Of a stretch of 63,931 bases of DNA, positions 17,925 through 25,704 are shown in pieces (the first letter of the stretch is position 1; each line of letters begins with the position of its first letter). The stretch lies in IMG/VR virus record IMGVR_UViG_3300032893_001611, positions 1 through 63,931 of that record, one strand, 5' to 3'. The position numbers and the translations under genes were made by a program. Below the pieces are notes generated by a model that made no database searches, had not been told where the DNA came from, and was given only the letters and a program-made list of their open reading frames with translations. The stretch is from a virus (lineage: Duplodnaviria; Caudoviricetes).

Positions 17925-18225
17925 TGTCTAACCTCTTCTGGTAAGCGCGGAACCGCGCCTTGATCGCCGCTTCGTCGATGCCGGGCTTTTTCGGCTTACG
18001 GTCGGCGGCGGTCAGGAACTCCGCCATCGGCGGCATTTTCCGCGCGCGGCTGAGGGCCTCGGCGTGCCACATCAGCCAGACGGCCTTTTCGTGATCCTCG
18101 CGCCGGCCGTCCTGCCAGCCTTCCACGCACTTGACGAACTGCCACGGCGTCAGCGCCCAGAAGACTTCGGGCGCCATGCCGATCCGGAACGAAAGCCGGA
18201 AGGCTTCCGTTATAGCGTCTTTTTT
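17908..18225 (-). CDS. Tail assembly chaperone T portion (GT fusion via -1 frameshift)
   Basis: -1 frame entered at A_AAA_AAG (18225-18219); GMAPEVFWALTPWQF motif. Confidence 0.85.
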   Translation of the reverse strand, partial: KKDAITEAFRLSFRIGMAPEVFWALTPWQFVKCVEGWQDGRREDHEKAVWLMWHAEALSRARKMPPMAEFLTAADRKPKKPGIDEAAIKARFRAYQKRLDNERSR

Positions 18226-18542
18226 TCGACGGCCTTCGCCCCCTCCTGCTTCTTCGGAGGACCGTCGGGCCCCCAATAGGCCATCGCCAGGGCGTCGTCG
18301 ATCGCCTTGATCGCCGGAATCAGCGGCGGCGAAAGATCGAGGATCTGGTCTTTGCCGATATCGGGATGATGCTTTTCAAGCCCGATCGCAAGCACGTCGG
18401 CGACGACATCGGGGGTGCGGCTGTAGAGGTTGTAGAAGACGTCATTACCGCACGTCTCCTTCGCGCGGGCGATGGCGCGCCAGTCATAGACCAGCCTGAC
18501 TTCCTTGTCGCCCAGCTTGAACTTCTTCTCTCCGGTGCGCAT
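18210..18542 (-). CDS. Tail assembly chaperone G
   Basis: 110 aa between tail tube and TMP; ends in the slippery heptamer. Confidence 0.85.
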   Translation of the reverse strand: MRTGEKKFKLGDKEVRLVYDWRAIARAKETCGNDVFYNLYSRTPDVVADVLAIGLEKHHPDIGKDQILDLSPPLIPAIKAIDDALAMAYWGPDGPPKKQEGAKAVEKKTL

Positions 18543-18970
18543 TACGGGCTGCCTCCGTCGTCGAAGGTCACGGCCCCTGTGATGCGAACGTCGAAGCTGC
18601 CGTCGACCTTCGCGTCGACGCCGCCAGACAGCGGGTTCGACAGCACGTAGCCGTCGAACACGGCGGTCGAGTTGTCGGAGAAAGTAGCGCGGAAGAGCTT
18701 CTTGTCACGGCTGGCCTTGGCCGCGCGCATCGCCTGCTGGCCGTCATCGGAGGCCAGGTAGTTGACGTCGATGCTGAACGTGCCGAAGTCCTGCAGGCCC
18801 ATCAGGAATTCCTTCGCCGTCGACTGCAGGTGCGTGATATCGATCTCCGCAGCCTGCCCGTCGAAGCCCTTGAAGGTTGTGATCTCCTTGACCTCGACAT
18901 ATTCCGGCGAGCCGGTGGGCTCCCCGATTTCAAGCTTGAATCCCTGGGTTCCAATTGCTTCAGATGGCAT
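18542..18970 (-). CDS. Major tail tube protein
   Basis: GFDGQAAEIDITHLQSTAKEFLMGLQDFG...RITGAVT; AAGGAG RBS. Confidence 0.92.
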   Translation of the reverse strand: MPSEAIGTQGFKLEIGEPTGSPEYVEVKEITTFKGFDGQAAEIDITHLQSTAKEFLMGLQDFGTFSIDVNYLASDDGQQAMRAAKASRDKKLFRATFSDNSTAVFDGYVLSNPLSGGVDAKVDGSFDVRITGAVTFDDGGSP

Positions 18971-19102
18971 GACATTCTCCTTGCGGTGGGTTGGTGGGAA
19001 AAACGGGTGAACCGCTGTCCTGCGGCCGCCCGGCGGCAACGGATGGTTGCTGCCGCCGGGCCGGACAACGGTTGCTTTGGTTATTGCGGAATTAGGGCTT
19101 GC

Positions 19103-19489
19103 CTATTGCTGGTAGGTGACGAGATATTCGGCGCGGTTGCGGTAGAGCTGCGGCGGCATCGTCTGGTCGAGAAGATCTTCGTCAGTCTGCAGCGATATGC
19201 CGCCGATGTTCACCGAACCGCCGTCGAATTCCACTGTGCCGCGGAAACCGTCGAGAGCCGCCTCGATGTCGGCGGCAAGCTCCTTGACGGTGTAGTAATC
19301 ATCGCCGTAGGCGTCGACCTGCAGCCGCGCCTGCGCCATGCCCGACGGACCGTTGACCGAGCGCCAGCGCTCGGACTCGATCCGCTGGAAGACGACGAAA
19401 GGCGTTTTCGAATTCTGCGGCGCCTGCAGCGCGTAAACGCGGCCGCCGGCAAATGTCTTGAGCTTTTCGAAGATGCCGCGTTCCATCAT
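19103..19489 (-). CDS. Tail completion/terminator protein (DUF3168-like)
   Basis: GGRVYALQAPQ...PFVVFQRI...RLQVDAY. Confidence 0.85.
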   Translation of the reverse strand: MMERGIFEKLKTFAGGRVYALQAPQNSKTPFVVFQRIESERWRSVNGPSGMAQARLQVDAYGDDYYTVKELAADIEAALDGFRGTVEFDGGSVNIGGISLQTDEDLLDQTMPPQLYRNRAEYLVTYQQ

Positions 19490-19911
19490 TTCCTGAGCTT
19501 CGCCGCCTCTTGTTCGATGCCTGACTGGAGCTGGCTTCTTAGTTCGTCGAGCATCACGTTGGCCGCGCGCTCGAATGCGGGACCCATAAAAGGCTGCGCG
19601 CGTTCATGGCGCGTTCCCAGCTCCAGGAAAGCCCCCCAGAAGCCGTCGCCAGTGTCGATCCGGGCTCCCCGCTGACCGGTCCGCGGATGTTTCACAGTGA
19701 CAATGCGCAGATTGCTTCTCAGATGCCCATACTTCTTTGAAGCTGCCGATTGAAAAGTGCTCTTGCGAGTCGCGGCCTTGACGATCTTCAGACCAACTTT
19801 TATGGCCGCATTCACGGCCTTCTGCAGCACGCGTCTCTGCACGTTTTGCGGCAGGTTCAGAAGCAGGTCATTGAGTTCCTTCGTCCCCTGGATCTGCAGG
19901 TCTACCTTCAC
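19486..19911 (-). CDS. HK97 gp10-family neck protein
   Basis: GTG start at GTGA overlap; I.GT.EL...FLELGT....AQPFMGPAF. Confidence 0.88.
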   Translation of the reverse strand: MKVDLQIQGTKELNDLLLNLPQNVQRRVLQKAVNAAIKVGLKIVKAATRKSTFQSAASKKYGHLRSNLRIVTVKHPRTGQRGARIDTGDGFWGAFLELGTRHERAQPFMGPAFERAANVMLDELRSQLQSGIEQEAAKLRK

Positions 19912-20228
19912 TCGGCGCCGTAGATCTCGGCGGTCAGCCAAAGCTCCCCCTGTTGCGCCATGCTGCGGTCGATGCTGTAGATGCTGAAGGACTGGCCTTT
20001 CCAGACGATGCGCCACTTGTCCGTCACGTCATCGCGATAGAGCATGCCGATCCTGATTCTCTGGCGCGCGTTGATACGCGCCGACTCGAACTCCTGGCTC
20101 GCCCTTTGGGTAATGATCTTCGCCCAGACCGTCGCCACGGTCTTGTACGTGCGCTTGAGCGAGCCGCCGTCATTGGTCTCGGTCAGCGGCTGCAGCTCGA
20201 TCCTCTGGTTGCGTTCACCGGCTTTCAT
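19908..20228 (-). CDS. Head closure / head-tail adaptor protein
   Basis: MKAGERNQRIELQ...VATVWAKI...YRDDVT..WRI; ATGA overlap start. Confidence 0.88.
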   Translation of the reverse strand: MKAGERNQRIELQPLTETNDGGSLKRTYKTVATVWAKIITQRASQEFESARINARQRIRIGMLYRDDVTDKWRIVWKGQSFSIYSIDRSMAQQGELWLTAEIYGAE

Positions 20229-20770
20229 GGAAAAGGCCAATCCCCGTCGTATGTTTCGCGGTTCATCGGTATGTTGCCGGTGTAGTGGATGTCGATCAGC
20301 GCCTCGCATTGCGTAATTTCGCGGCCCTTGTGGAAGCGCCGGTAGCTGTATTTCCTGAATGCCGCGTATTTCCTTTCCGTTTCCTCGGCGTTCAGATCGA
20401 TGATGTGCCGCCCGAGGCCGTAGCCGAAGAACGTCAGCCATGCTTCCTGCGCGTTCTTGCGGACATGCCGGTGAACTTGCACATGGTGCGGATGGCCGTA
20501 TTCGCCCTTCTCGCCGTGCGTGACGATATGGTCGAACTCCGACAGGTCGATCCAGCCGAGATTCTCGAGGTTCGGCTTTTCCGGGCACGGGATCAGGCGC
20601 GCCTTGCAGCCGAGTGCCTCGCACACCGTGAAGAACTGGTATGCACGCACCGGATCGACCGTAGGCACCGAGCAGCAGATGACGGTCCAGTCGCCCGGAT
20701 ATCTTATCGGCAAGCCGCCGCCCCAGAGGATTTCATCGTCGGGATGGCCGACGACCATGGCGCGCTTCAT
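20225..20770 (-). CDS. PIG-L/LmbE-family de-N-acetylase
   Basis: VVGHPDDE and THGEKGEYGHPHH metal motifs; ATGA overlap start. Confidence 0.88.
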   Translation of the reverse strand: MKRAMVVGHPDDEILWGGGLPIRYPGDWTVICCSVPTVDPVRAYQFFTVCEALGCKARLIPCPEKPNLENLGWIDLSEFDHIVTHGEKGEYGHPHHVQVHRHVRKNAQEAWLTFFGYGLGRHIIDLNAEETERKYAAFRKYSYRRFHKGREITQCEALIDIHYTGNIPMNRETYDGDWPFP

Positions 20771-21993
20771 GCCGGAATCCATTCCTCTTGTGTCTGCCAC
20801 GGGCGCGGCTTGCCGTGAAAGCAGACGATATCGGCCGTTGAAAGGTCTCCGTTCTCGGGCCGGTGAAACCTGTTTTTGAGGACATCGGCCTTGTAGCTTA
20901 TGACCTTGCCCGGCGCGGCGTTCTGGAACCGCGCTTTTCTGCTCCAGAAGCGGTCGAGGAACGCCTGGTCGCCGCCGGCGCCGCACTCGCGAATCGCATC
21001 TGCCTTGTCCTCCGCGAATGCCAGCCAGATCGCCGGCCTGTCCTCATGCCGCAGATACATCAGGCCCGAGTTAATGACCTTGCCCCCGTACATGTCCGAG
21101 AGCACATGCGTCTCGCGCAAATCCGTTATCCAGCCCGGCACCCCCCGCAGGAAAACCGTATCGAGATCGGCGTAAAGGAAATCGCCGAGCACCAGATCGT
21201 CGCGGAACATCTCAAGCTTCGACCACCAGCCCGGAAGATCGTGTTCGAGCGGGATCGATACGACGCCTTTCATCTTCCTTGTGCTGTCGGTCAGGCAGAC
21301 AATCGGATGCCCTATCTGCCGCTGCAGCCACTCGACATGGCCTTCGTTGTACTCGCCGCCGCATTTCAGGACCGTCACGACCGGCACGCGCGAGAGGCCC
21401 AGCATGCCGTAGGCGTAGGCCGGCGTTATCTTCGGCAGGCTGCTGATGCGGCTCACCGGCGAGACATTCCACGTCTCGACCGGCGGCTTGTGCCGGTTCC
21501 AGTTGTCAAGCGCAATCTTCCAGTTGCGCAGGGCCGCGGGATTTCGCTGCTGCCCGTAAAAATAGGTTCCCTGCTGCGAATGGTCGCAGCCGAAGATGAA
21601 CACCCTGTCAGCGTCAAGGAACTTGTACGCGAACTGGTAGGCGCCGAAGCCCGAGCACCCGGTCATGATCTTGCCGACGGTGTCGAACCCTGCACGGAAA
21701 TCCGTCCTTTCGATATAACGGACATCCGGCATCGGGTCGACGCGATCGCAGCGGAAGCGCGCGTCAGGAGCGCCGTAATCAGAAGGAACCGCCGCGACCC
21801 TCACACCCCTGAACCAGGGCAGGTCGTAGCGCTCGTTCAGGTCGACCGTATCGAGCGTGAAGACGTAGTCCGCGAACCGCGCATGCAGCACGGCGTTGTT
21901 GACGGCGATTGTCACTGCATCGGCCGCCTGCAGTAGCGGCAGGCAAACCGAGCGCATCGACGGGCCGGACGCGATGACGATGGCTGTCTTCAC
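20767..21993 (-). CDS. Two-domain glycosyltransferase (Maf/GT42-like N-domain + GT8-like C-domain)
   Basis: IVIASGPS...IAVN...SGFGA...IFGCD; then GWWSKLEMF, YADLDTV (DxD), GDQAFL, IVCFHGKPRPW. Confidence 0.82.
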   Translation of the reverse strand: MKTAIVIASGPSMRSVCLPLLQAADAVTIAVNNAVLHARFADYVFTLDTVDLNERYDLPWFRGVRVAAVPSDYGAPDARFRCDRVDPMPDVRYIERTDFRAGFDTVGKIMTGCSGFGAYQFAYKFLDADRVFIFGCDHSQQGTYFYGQQRNPAALRNWKIALDNWNRHKPPVETWNVSPVSRISSLPKITPAYAYGMLGLSRVPVVTVLKCGGEYNEGHVEWLQRQIGHPIVCLTDSTRKMKGVVSIPLEHDLPGWWSKLEMFRDDLVLGDFLYADLDTVFLRGVPGWITDLRETHVLSDMYGGKVINSGLMYLRHEDRPAIWLAFAEDKADAIRECGAGGDQAFLDRFWSRKARFQNAAPGKVISYKADVLKNRFHRPENGDLSTADIVCFHGKPRPWQTQEEWIPA

Positions 21994-22550
21994 AACACCT
22001 CGCGCAGGCTCTTTCTCGGGAAGCACGTCAGCGCGGTTTCCCGGCTGCAGTTGACGACAGGCACCTTGATATGGGGAGCCGCCCGGTTGAACCGCTTGAT
22101 CCATTCCGGGAAATTCATGCCCCTGTTCAGCTTGCCGGGATGCTCACCGAAGAAATGACGCCTTCCCTCCACGCCGCCCATGTCGTAGCCGAGCAGGACG
22201 ACGCTGCTGGCCCCCTGTAGCACGGCGAGGTTCAGAGCCTGGAAGCCGCTGTTCCTGCCGGTGGCGATCTCGCCCGGAAAATTGCTCCACGGGACACCCG
22301 AGGCGATCCCGATCCGCTTCAGGCCGTACCGCCTTGCCGCACCGCGGTCGACGGTCCATTTCTCGCCTGCGAATTCAGGCACGCCGGCGTGATGATCCCA
22401 CCACGAGCCGTCCCCCGCGTAGAGCACGTCGGCCCATGGCGCCAGCCGGTGAACGTCGTTGACGGCATAGACCTTGCCCTTGCCGCGGCAGTAATCGACG
22501 TCTTCCTGCGTCAGGCTCGGTCCGGACGCGATGCAGACGGCCGCCGTCAT
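21990..22550 (-). CDS. Maf/MptE-like (sialyltransferase-fold) putative glycosyltransferase
   Basis: CIASGPSL...YAVND...ADVLYAGD..WW...NSGFQALNLA...VLLGYDM...VVNCSRETAL. Confidence 0.75.
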   Translation of the reverse strand: MTAAVCIASGPSLTQEDVDYCRGKGKVYAVNDVHRLAPWADVLYAGDGSWWDHHAGVPEFAGEKWTVDRGAARRYGLKRIGIASGVPWSNFPGEIATGRNSGFQALNLAVLQGASSVVLLGYDMGGVEGRRHFFGEHPGKLNRGMNFPEWIKRFNRAAPHIKVPVVNCSRETALTCFPRKSLREVL

Positions 22551-22870
22551 CAGGCCATCGACGGATCGCGAATGGTCGACAGGAGCCCTATGACCGCTCC
22601 GGGCAGTTTCCCGTCGCCCCAATCATCGCCGCCGCCGTCCCGGTCGCGATAGAGCACGCCGGTCAGGTAAAGAACAGATTTCTTGACCAGCGCCGGAATG
22701 TTCTCCGCGATGATCTCGCCGGCGGAATCGAAATACGCGTCCGGGTGATCGAGATAGTTCAGGACCGCTTCACTCGCCGCCTCGATCTTCAGCTCGACGT
22801 CGCCCTGGTCGTCGTCGCTGTCGAGCCGCAGATGATCGCGGGCCTCTTCGTAGGTCACAAGCGAAATCAT
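22550..22870 (-). CDS. Head-tail connector (gp6-like)
   Basis: LVTYEEARDHLRLD...IEAASEAVLNYL...LY.DR. Confidence 0.9.
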   Translation of the reverse strand: MISLVTYEEARDHLRLDSDDDQGDVELKIEAASEAVLNYLDHPDAYFDSAGEIIAENIPALVKKSVLYLTGVLYRDRDGGGDDWGDGKLPGAVIGLLSTIRDPSMA

Positions 22871-23934
22871 CAGGCCTTGTCCTTCCCGTCAGCGCCGCGC
22901 TTGACCGCGAGGGTCCAGCTTTTCGCACCCGAAGCGGGCCGTTCGTCGGTCTTTTCGTTGCAGTGGAACAGGCTGCCGGCGAACGTCACGCAATCGCCGC
23001 GCAGATACGTCTTGCCCGCCACGTAGACGCCGCGATAGATCATGCACGGGATCTCGAACGATTTCTCTTTCACGCTGTCGTCGGCCATCTCCTCGCGCAG
23101 CGTGATGGTCCGTTCACCGTCGTGCGCGATCGTGAGCGCCTTGCGGCCGTTGAGGATCAGCTGCCAGTCGGTGCCGCCCTTCGAGCGCCACAGGCCGCCT
23201 TTATCAGCGGCGAAAACACCCTTCCGGTAGGTTTTCTCGGGGTCGATCGACCCCAGAACCTCGATTTCTGCGGCATCACGGCCGTCAATCCCGTCCCGGC
23301 CGTCCTTGCCGTCGCGCCCGTCGCGGCCGTCCTTGCCTGATTCGCCATCCTTGCCGGGATCTCCCTTTTCGCCCTTCTGGCCCTGAGTGCCAACGTCGCC
23401 CTTAAGGCCTTTCTCTCCGGGCTGGCCTTCGGCACCATCACGGCCCGGCTTGCCGTCGACACCGTCGCGCCCGTCCTTGCCGGGAGCCCCCGGCTCGCCT
23501 TTTTCACCGGGCTTGCCGTCGACACCGTCGCGCCCGTCCTTGCCGGGACTGCCGGGATCTCCGTTTTCGCCCGGTTTTCCGTCGATTCCGTCCTTGCCGG
23601 GTGTCCCAGGGTCGCCTTTTTCGCCCTTTTCACCGGGTTTTCCGTCAATTCCGTCCCTGCCCGGCGCGCCATCCTTGCCATCGATGCCATTGCGGCCGTC
23701 GACGCCATCCTTCCCCGGAGCGCCCGGCTCGCCTTTTTCACCCGGCTTGCCGTCGACGCCATCGCGGCCATCCTTGCCAGGAGCGCCGTCCTTGCCGTCG
23801 AGGCCGGTCTCGCCTTTCTCGCCGCGCTGCGGCGCGCGGGCTTCCAGCGCGACGATCCGCTCTGCCAGCGGCTTCAGGGCGCGCGCGATGTAGTCCTGCA
23901 CGCCGGCGACGAACTTTTCAGGGTCAAATTTCAC
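22870..23934 (-). CDS. Collagen-like (Gly-X-Y) head-associated protein
   Basis: About 60 G-X-Y triplets (GKDG, GEKG); C-terminal YRGVY..G..Y..GD.VTF.GSLFHC...WTLAVKRG. Confidence 0.88.
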   Translation of the reverse strand: MKFDPEKFVAGVQDYIARALKPLAERIVALEARAPQRGEKGETGLDGKDGAPGKDGRDGVDGKPGEKGEPGAPGKDGVDGRNGIDGKDGAPGRDGIDGKPGEKGEKGDPGTPGKDGIDGKPGENGDPGSPGKDGRDGVDGKPGEKGEPGAPGKDGRDGVDGKPGRDGAEGQPGEKGLKGDVGTQGQKGEKGDPGKDGESGKDGRDGRDGKDGRDGIDGRDAAEIEVLGSIDPEKTYRKGVFAADKGGLWRSKGGTDWQLILNGRKALTIAHDGERTITLREEMADDSVKEKSFEIPCMIYRGVYVAGKTYLRGDCVTFAGSLFHCNEKTDERPASGAKSWTLAVKRGADGKDKA

Positions 23935-25306
23935 TGAAAACCAGCCCTTCCGGCGACTTTTTGTTCAGAAAATCGAGCATTTTCGCGGTCGCGTCCTCTT
24001 CCGGAGGCGCCTTATCGAGCCCGGCCGCTTCATCCGGCGGCGGCAGGCCCGCGAAGGGATTGGGCAGCGCGTCGCGCTTGGCGAGTGCAGCGAGGCTGAA
24101 GTTCTGCTGCTGCAGGTACGGGCTGTCGCCGCCCTCGACCGGCGGCAGGTTGATCTTCTTCCGTCCCTCGTTCGGCGCGATGAGGCCCTTGGACGCGCCC
24201 TCGCCGAGGGTCTTTATTTTCGTCGCCGTATCCATGCGCAGGAGGCCGTCCAGATCGAACTCGACACCCTGTTTTGCCGGTATTTCGAGCCCTTCGTTGA
24301 GGCACAGCTCGATCGATTCGATCAGGGTCTGCAGGCACTGGCTGTAATACTGCTGGTCGAGAGATTCGATGTTGTTGTAGGAGGGCGGATCGCCGACGAC
24401 CTTGAACTTCGGAACGTGAAAGGTCGAGCAGACGATCTCCGCCGACAACTCAAGCTGCTCGACCAGCTGCGCATCCTCGGGTGTCATCGAAAGCGGAATG
24501 AATTTCAGATCGTCGCCGAGCACGGCTATGCGGCCGATATTGTCGCCGCCGTAATTGGTTTCCCACTGTTCTTTCAGCCTTTTCGCGGTCGATTCGTTGA
24601 TCTCGCCCGGCCCGGTGAGAATGCCGCTCGGCCGGCTCATGTTGCCGAAGGTCTTGGCGCTGTTTTTCTGCATGCTCAGGCCCTGCGTCGCTGACAGGCC
24701 GCAGGCGTAAATCGGCGACAGGCCGACGAGAGGATGGAACAGGCAATTGAAGCGGTCGTGAATGATCTCGCTGGCGGGCACGATGACCAGCTCGTCAATA
24801 TCGCTGAGATAGTCGATCCCGAGCCTGTAAAACACATCTCCAGACTCGGAAACCAGCGGCTGGACGAGATCAGGGTTCAGCACATAGAGCCCGATGACCT
24901 GACGCTTTGCGTTGCGCACCTTCAGGATGTAGGTATTCCCTCGCGCCAGCTTCGACATCACCCAGTTCTCGAAAAACTGGATGCGGTTCTGCCATGCGTT
25001 CGGGCGCGCCAGCACGCCGAAGTTTCCGAAGTCGATCTCGCTGCGGATGCCCTTCGCTTCCTGCATCAGCCGCGGGCGCAGCTTCGAAATATCGGACGAG
25101 ATGAGCGTAATGCAGGAAAAAATGGCGTGAAAGGCCAGGACCGCGTTGCGGTCGACCTTCACGTCCTGCTGGAAGGCGCCGGTAAACGATTCGAAGATCG
25201 TATACCAGCCCCTGTCCGACGGCTGAAACAGGATCGGCGCCACCGATTTCCCGGTGGGGATAATCTCTGCCATCTCCGACTTTGGCTTGCGGCTGAAGAA
25301 GCCCAT
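23924..25306 (-). CDS. Portal protein (HK97 family)
   Basis: RPNAWQ..IQFFE...RGNTYI...EIIHDR...GLSPI...PSGIL...PNEGR. Confidence 0.95.
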   Translation of the reverse strand: MGFFSRKPKSEMAEIIPTGKSVAPILFQPSDRGWYTIFESFTGAFQQDVKVDRNAVLAFHAIFSCITLISSDISKLRPRLMQEAKGIRSEIDFGNFGVLARPNAWQNRIQFFENWVMSKLARGNTYILKVRNAKRQVIGLYVLNPDLVQPLVSESGDVFYRLGIDYLSDIDELVIVPASEIIHDRFNCLFHPLVGLSPIYACGLSATQGLSMQKNSAKTFGNMSRPSGILTGPGEINESTAKRLKEQWETNYGGDNIGRIAVLGDDLKFIPLSMTPEDAQLVEQLELSAEIVCSTFHVPKFKVVGDPPSYNNIESLDQQYYSQCLQTLIESIELCLNEGLEIPAKQGVEFDLDGLLRMDTATKIKTLGEGASKGLIAPNEGRKKINLPPVEGGDSPYLQQQNFSLAALAKRDALPNPFAGLPPPDEAAGLDKAPPEEDATAKMLDFLNKKSPEGLVFSEI

Positions 25307-25593
25307 TAGGCGCTTTTGCCGTCGTCAGCGTTCAGAGCGCGGGTTTTGTAGGCGTTTTTCCGCTCAGCCTTGAGCTGTTTCTTGGTCTTTTTCTTCTCCG
25401 GCTTCACTTCCGGTGCCGTCGCGGCCGCGCGCGAAGGCTTGGCTGCGGGCTGCGCGGGCTGATTTTCGGACAGCGAGGCCCTGCCAACGGCGACCAGCAG
25501 CTTGGCGTGCTTCGGCTTCGCCGAGAAGGTGCCACCGACGGCAACCCGCTTGCCCGCGTATGTCAGTTTTTTCTTCGCAACGAGTTCGATCAT
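25306..25593 (-). CDS. Small basic head-associated protein
   Basis: GGAGAA RBS before MIELVAKK; LTYAGKRVAVG..F; Lys-rich tail. Confidence 0.65.
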   Translation of the reverse strand: MIELVAKKKLTYAGKRVAVGGTFSAKPKHAKLLVAVGRASLSENQPAQPAAKPSRAAATAPEVKPEKKKTKKQLKAERKNAYKTRALNADDGKSA

Positions 25594-25641
25594 CAGGTTC
25601 TCCATTTTTCCGGGTGTTTCCACAGGACCGATCCGGCCCTG

Positions 25642-25675
25642 AAAAAACACCCGGCCCTCGACATTGGGCCGGGTG
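25642..25675 (-). terminator. Intrinsic terminator after the capsid gene
   Basis: 10-bp stem CACCCGGCCC/GGGCCGGGTG followed by T6 on the minus strand. Confidence 0.75.
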
Positions 25676-25704
25676 AAGTTGGTTAAGAAGATTTTTTAGG
25701 AGAA

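Noticed and set aside
23281-23821. Tandem DNA repeats as a CRISPR array or VNTR
   Set aside because: They encode Gly-X-Y collagen; no unique spacers and no cas genes
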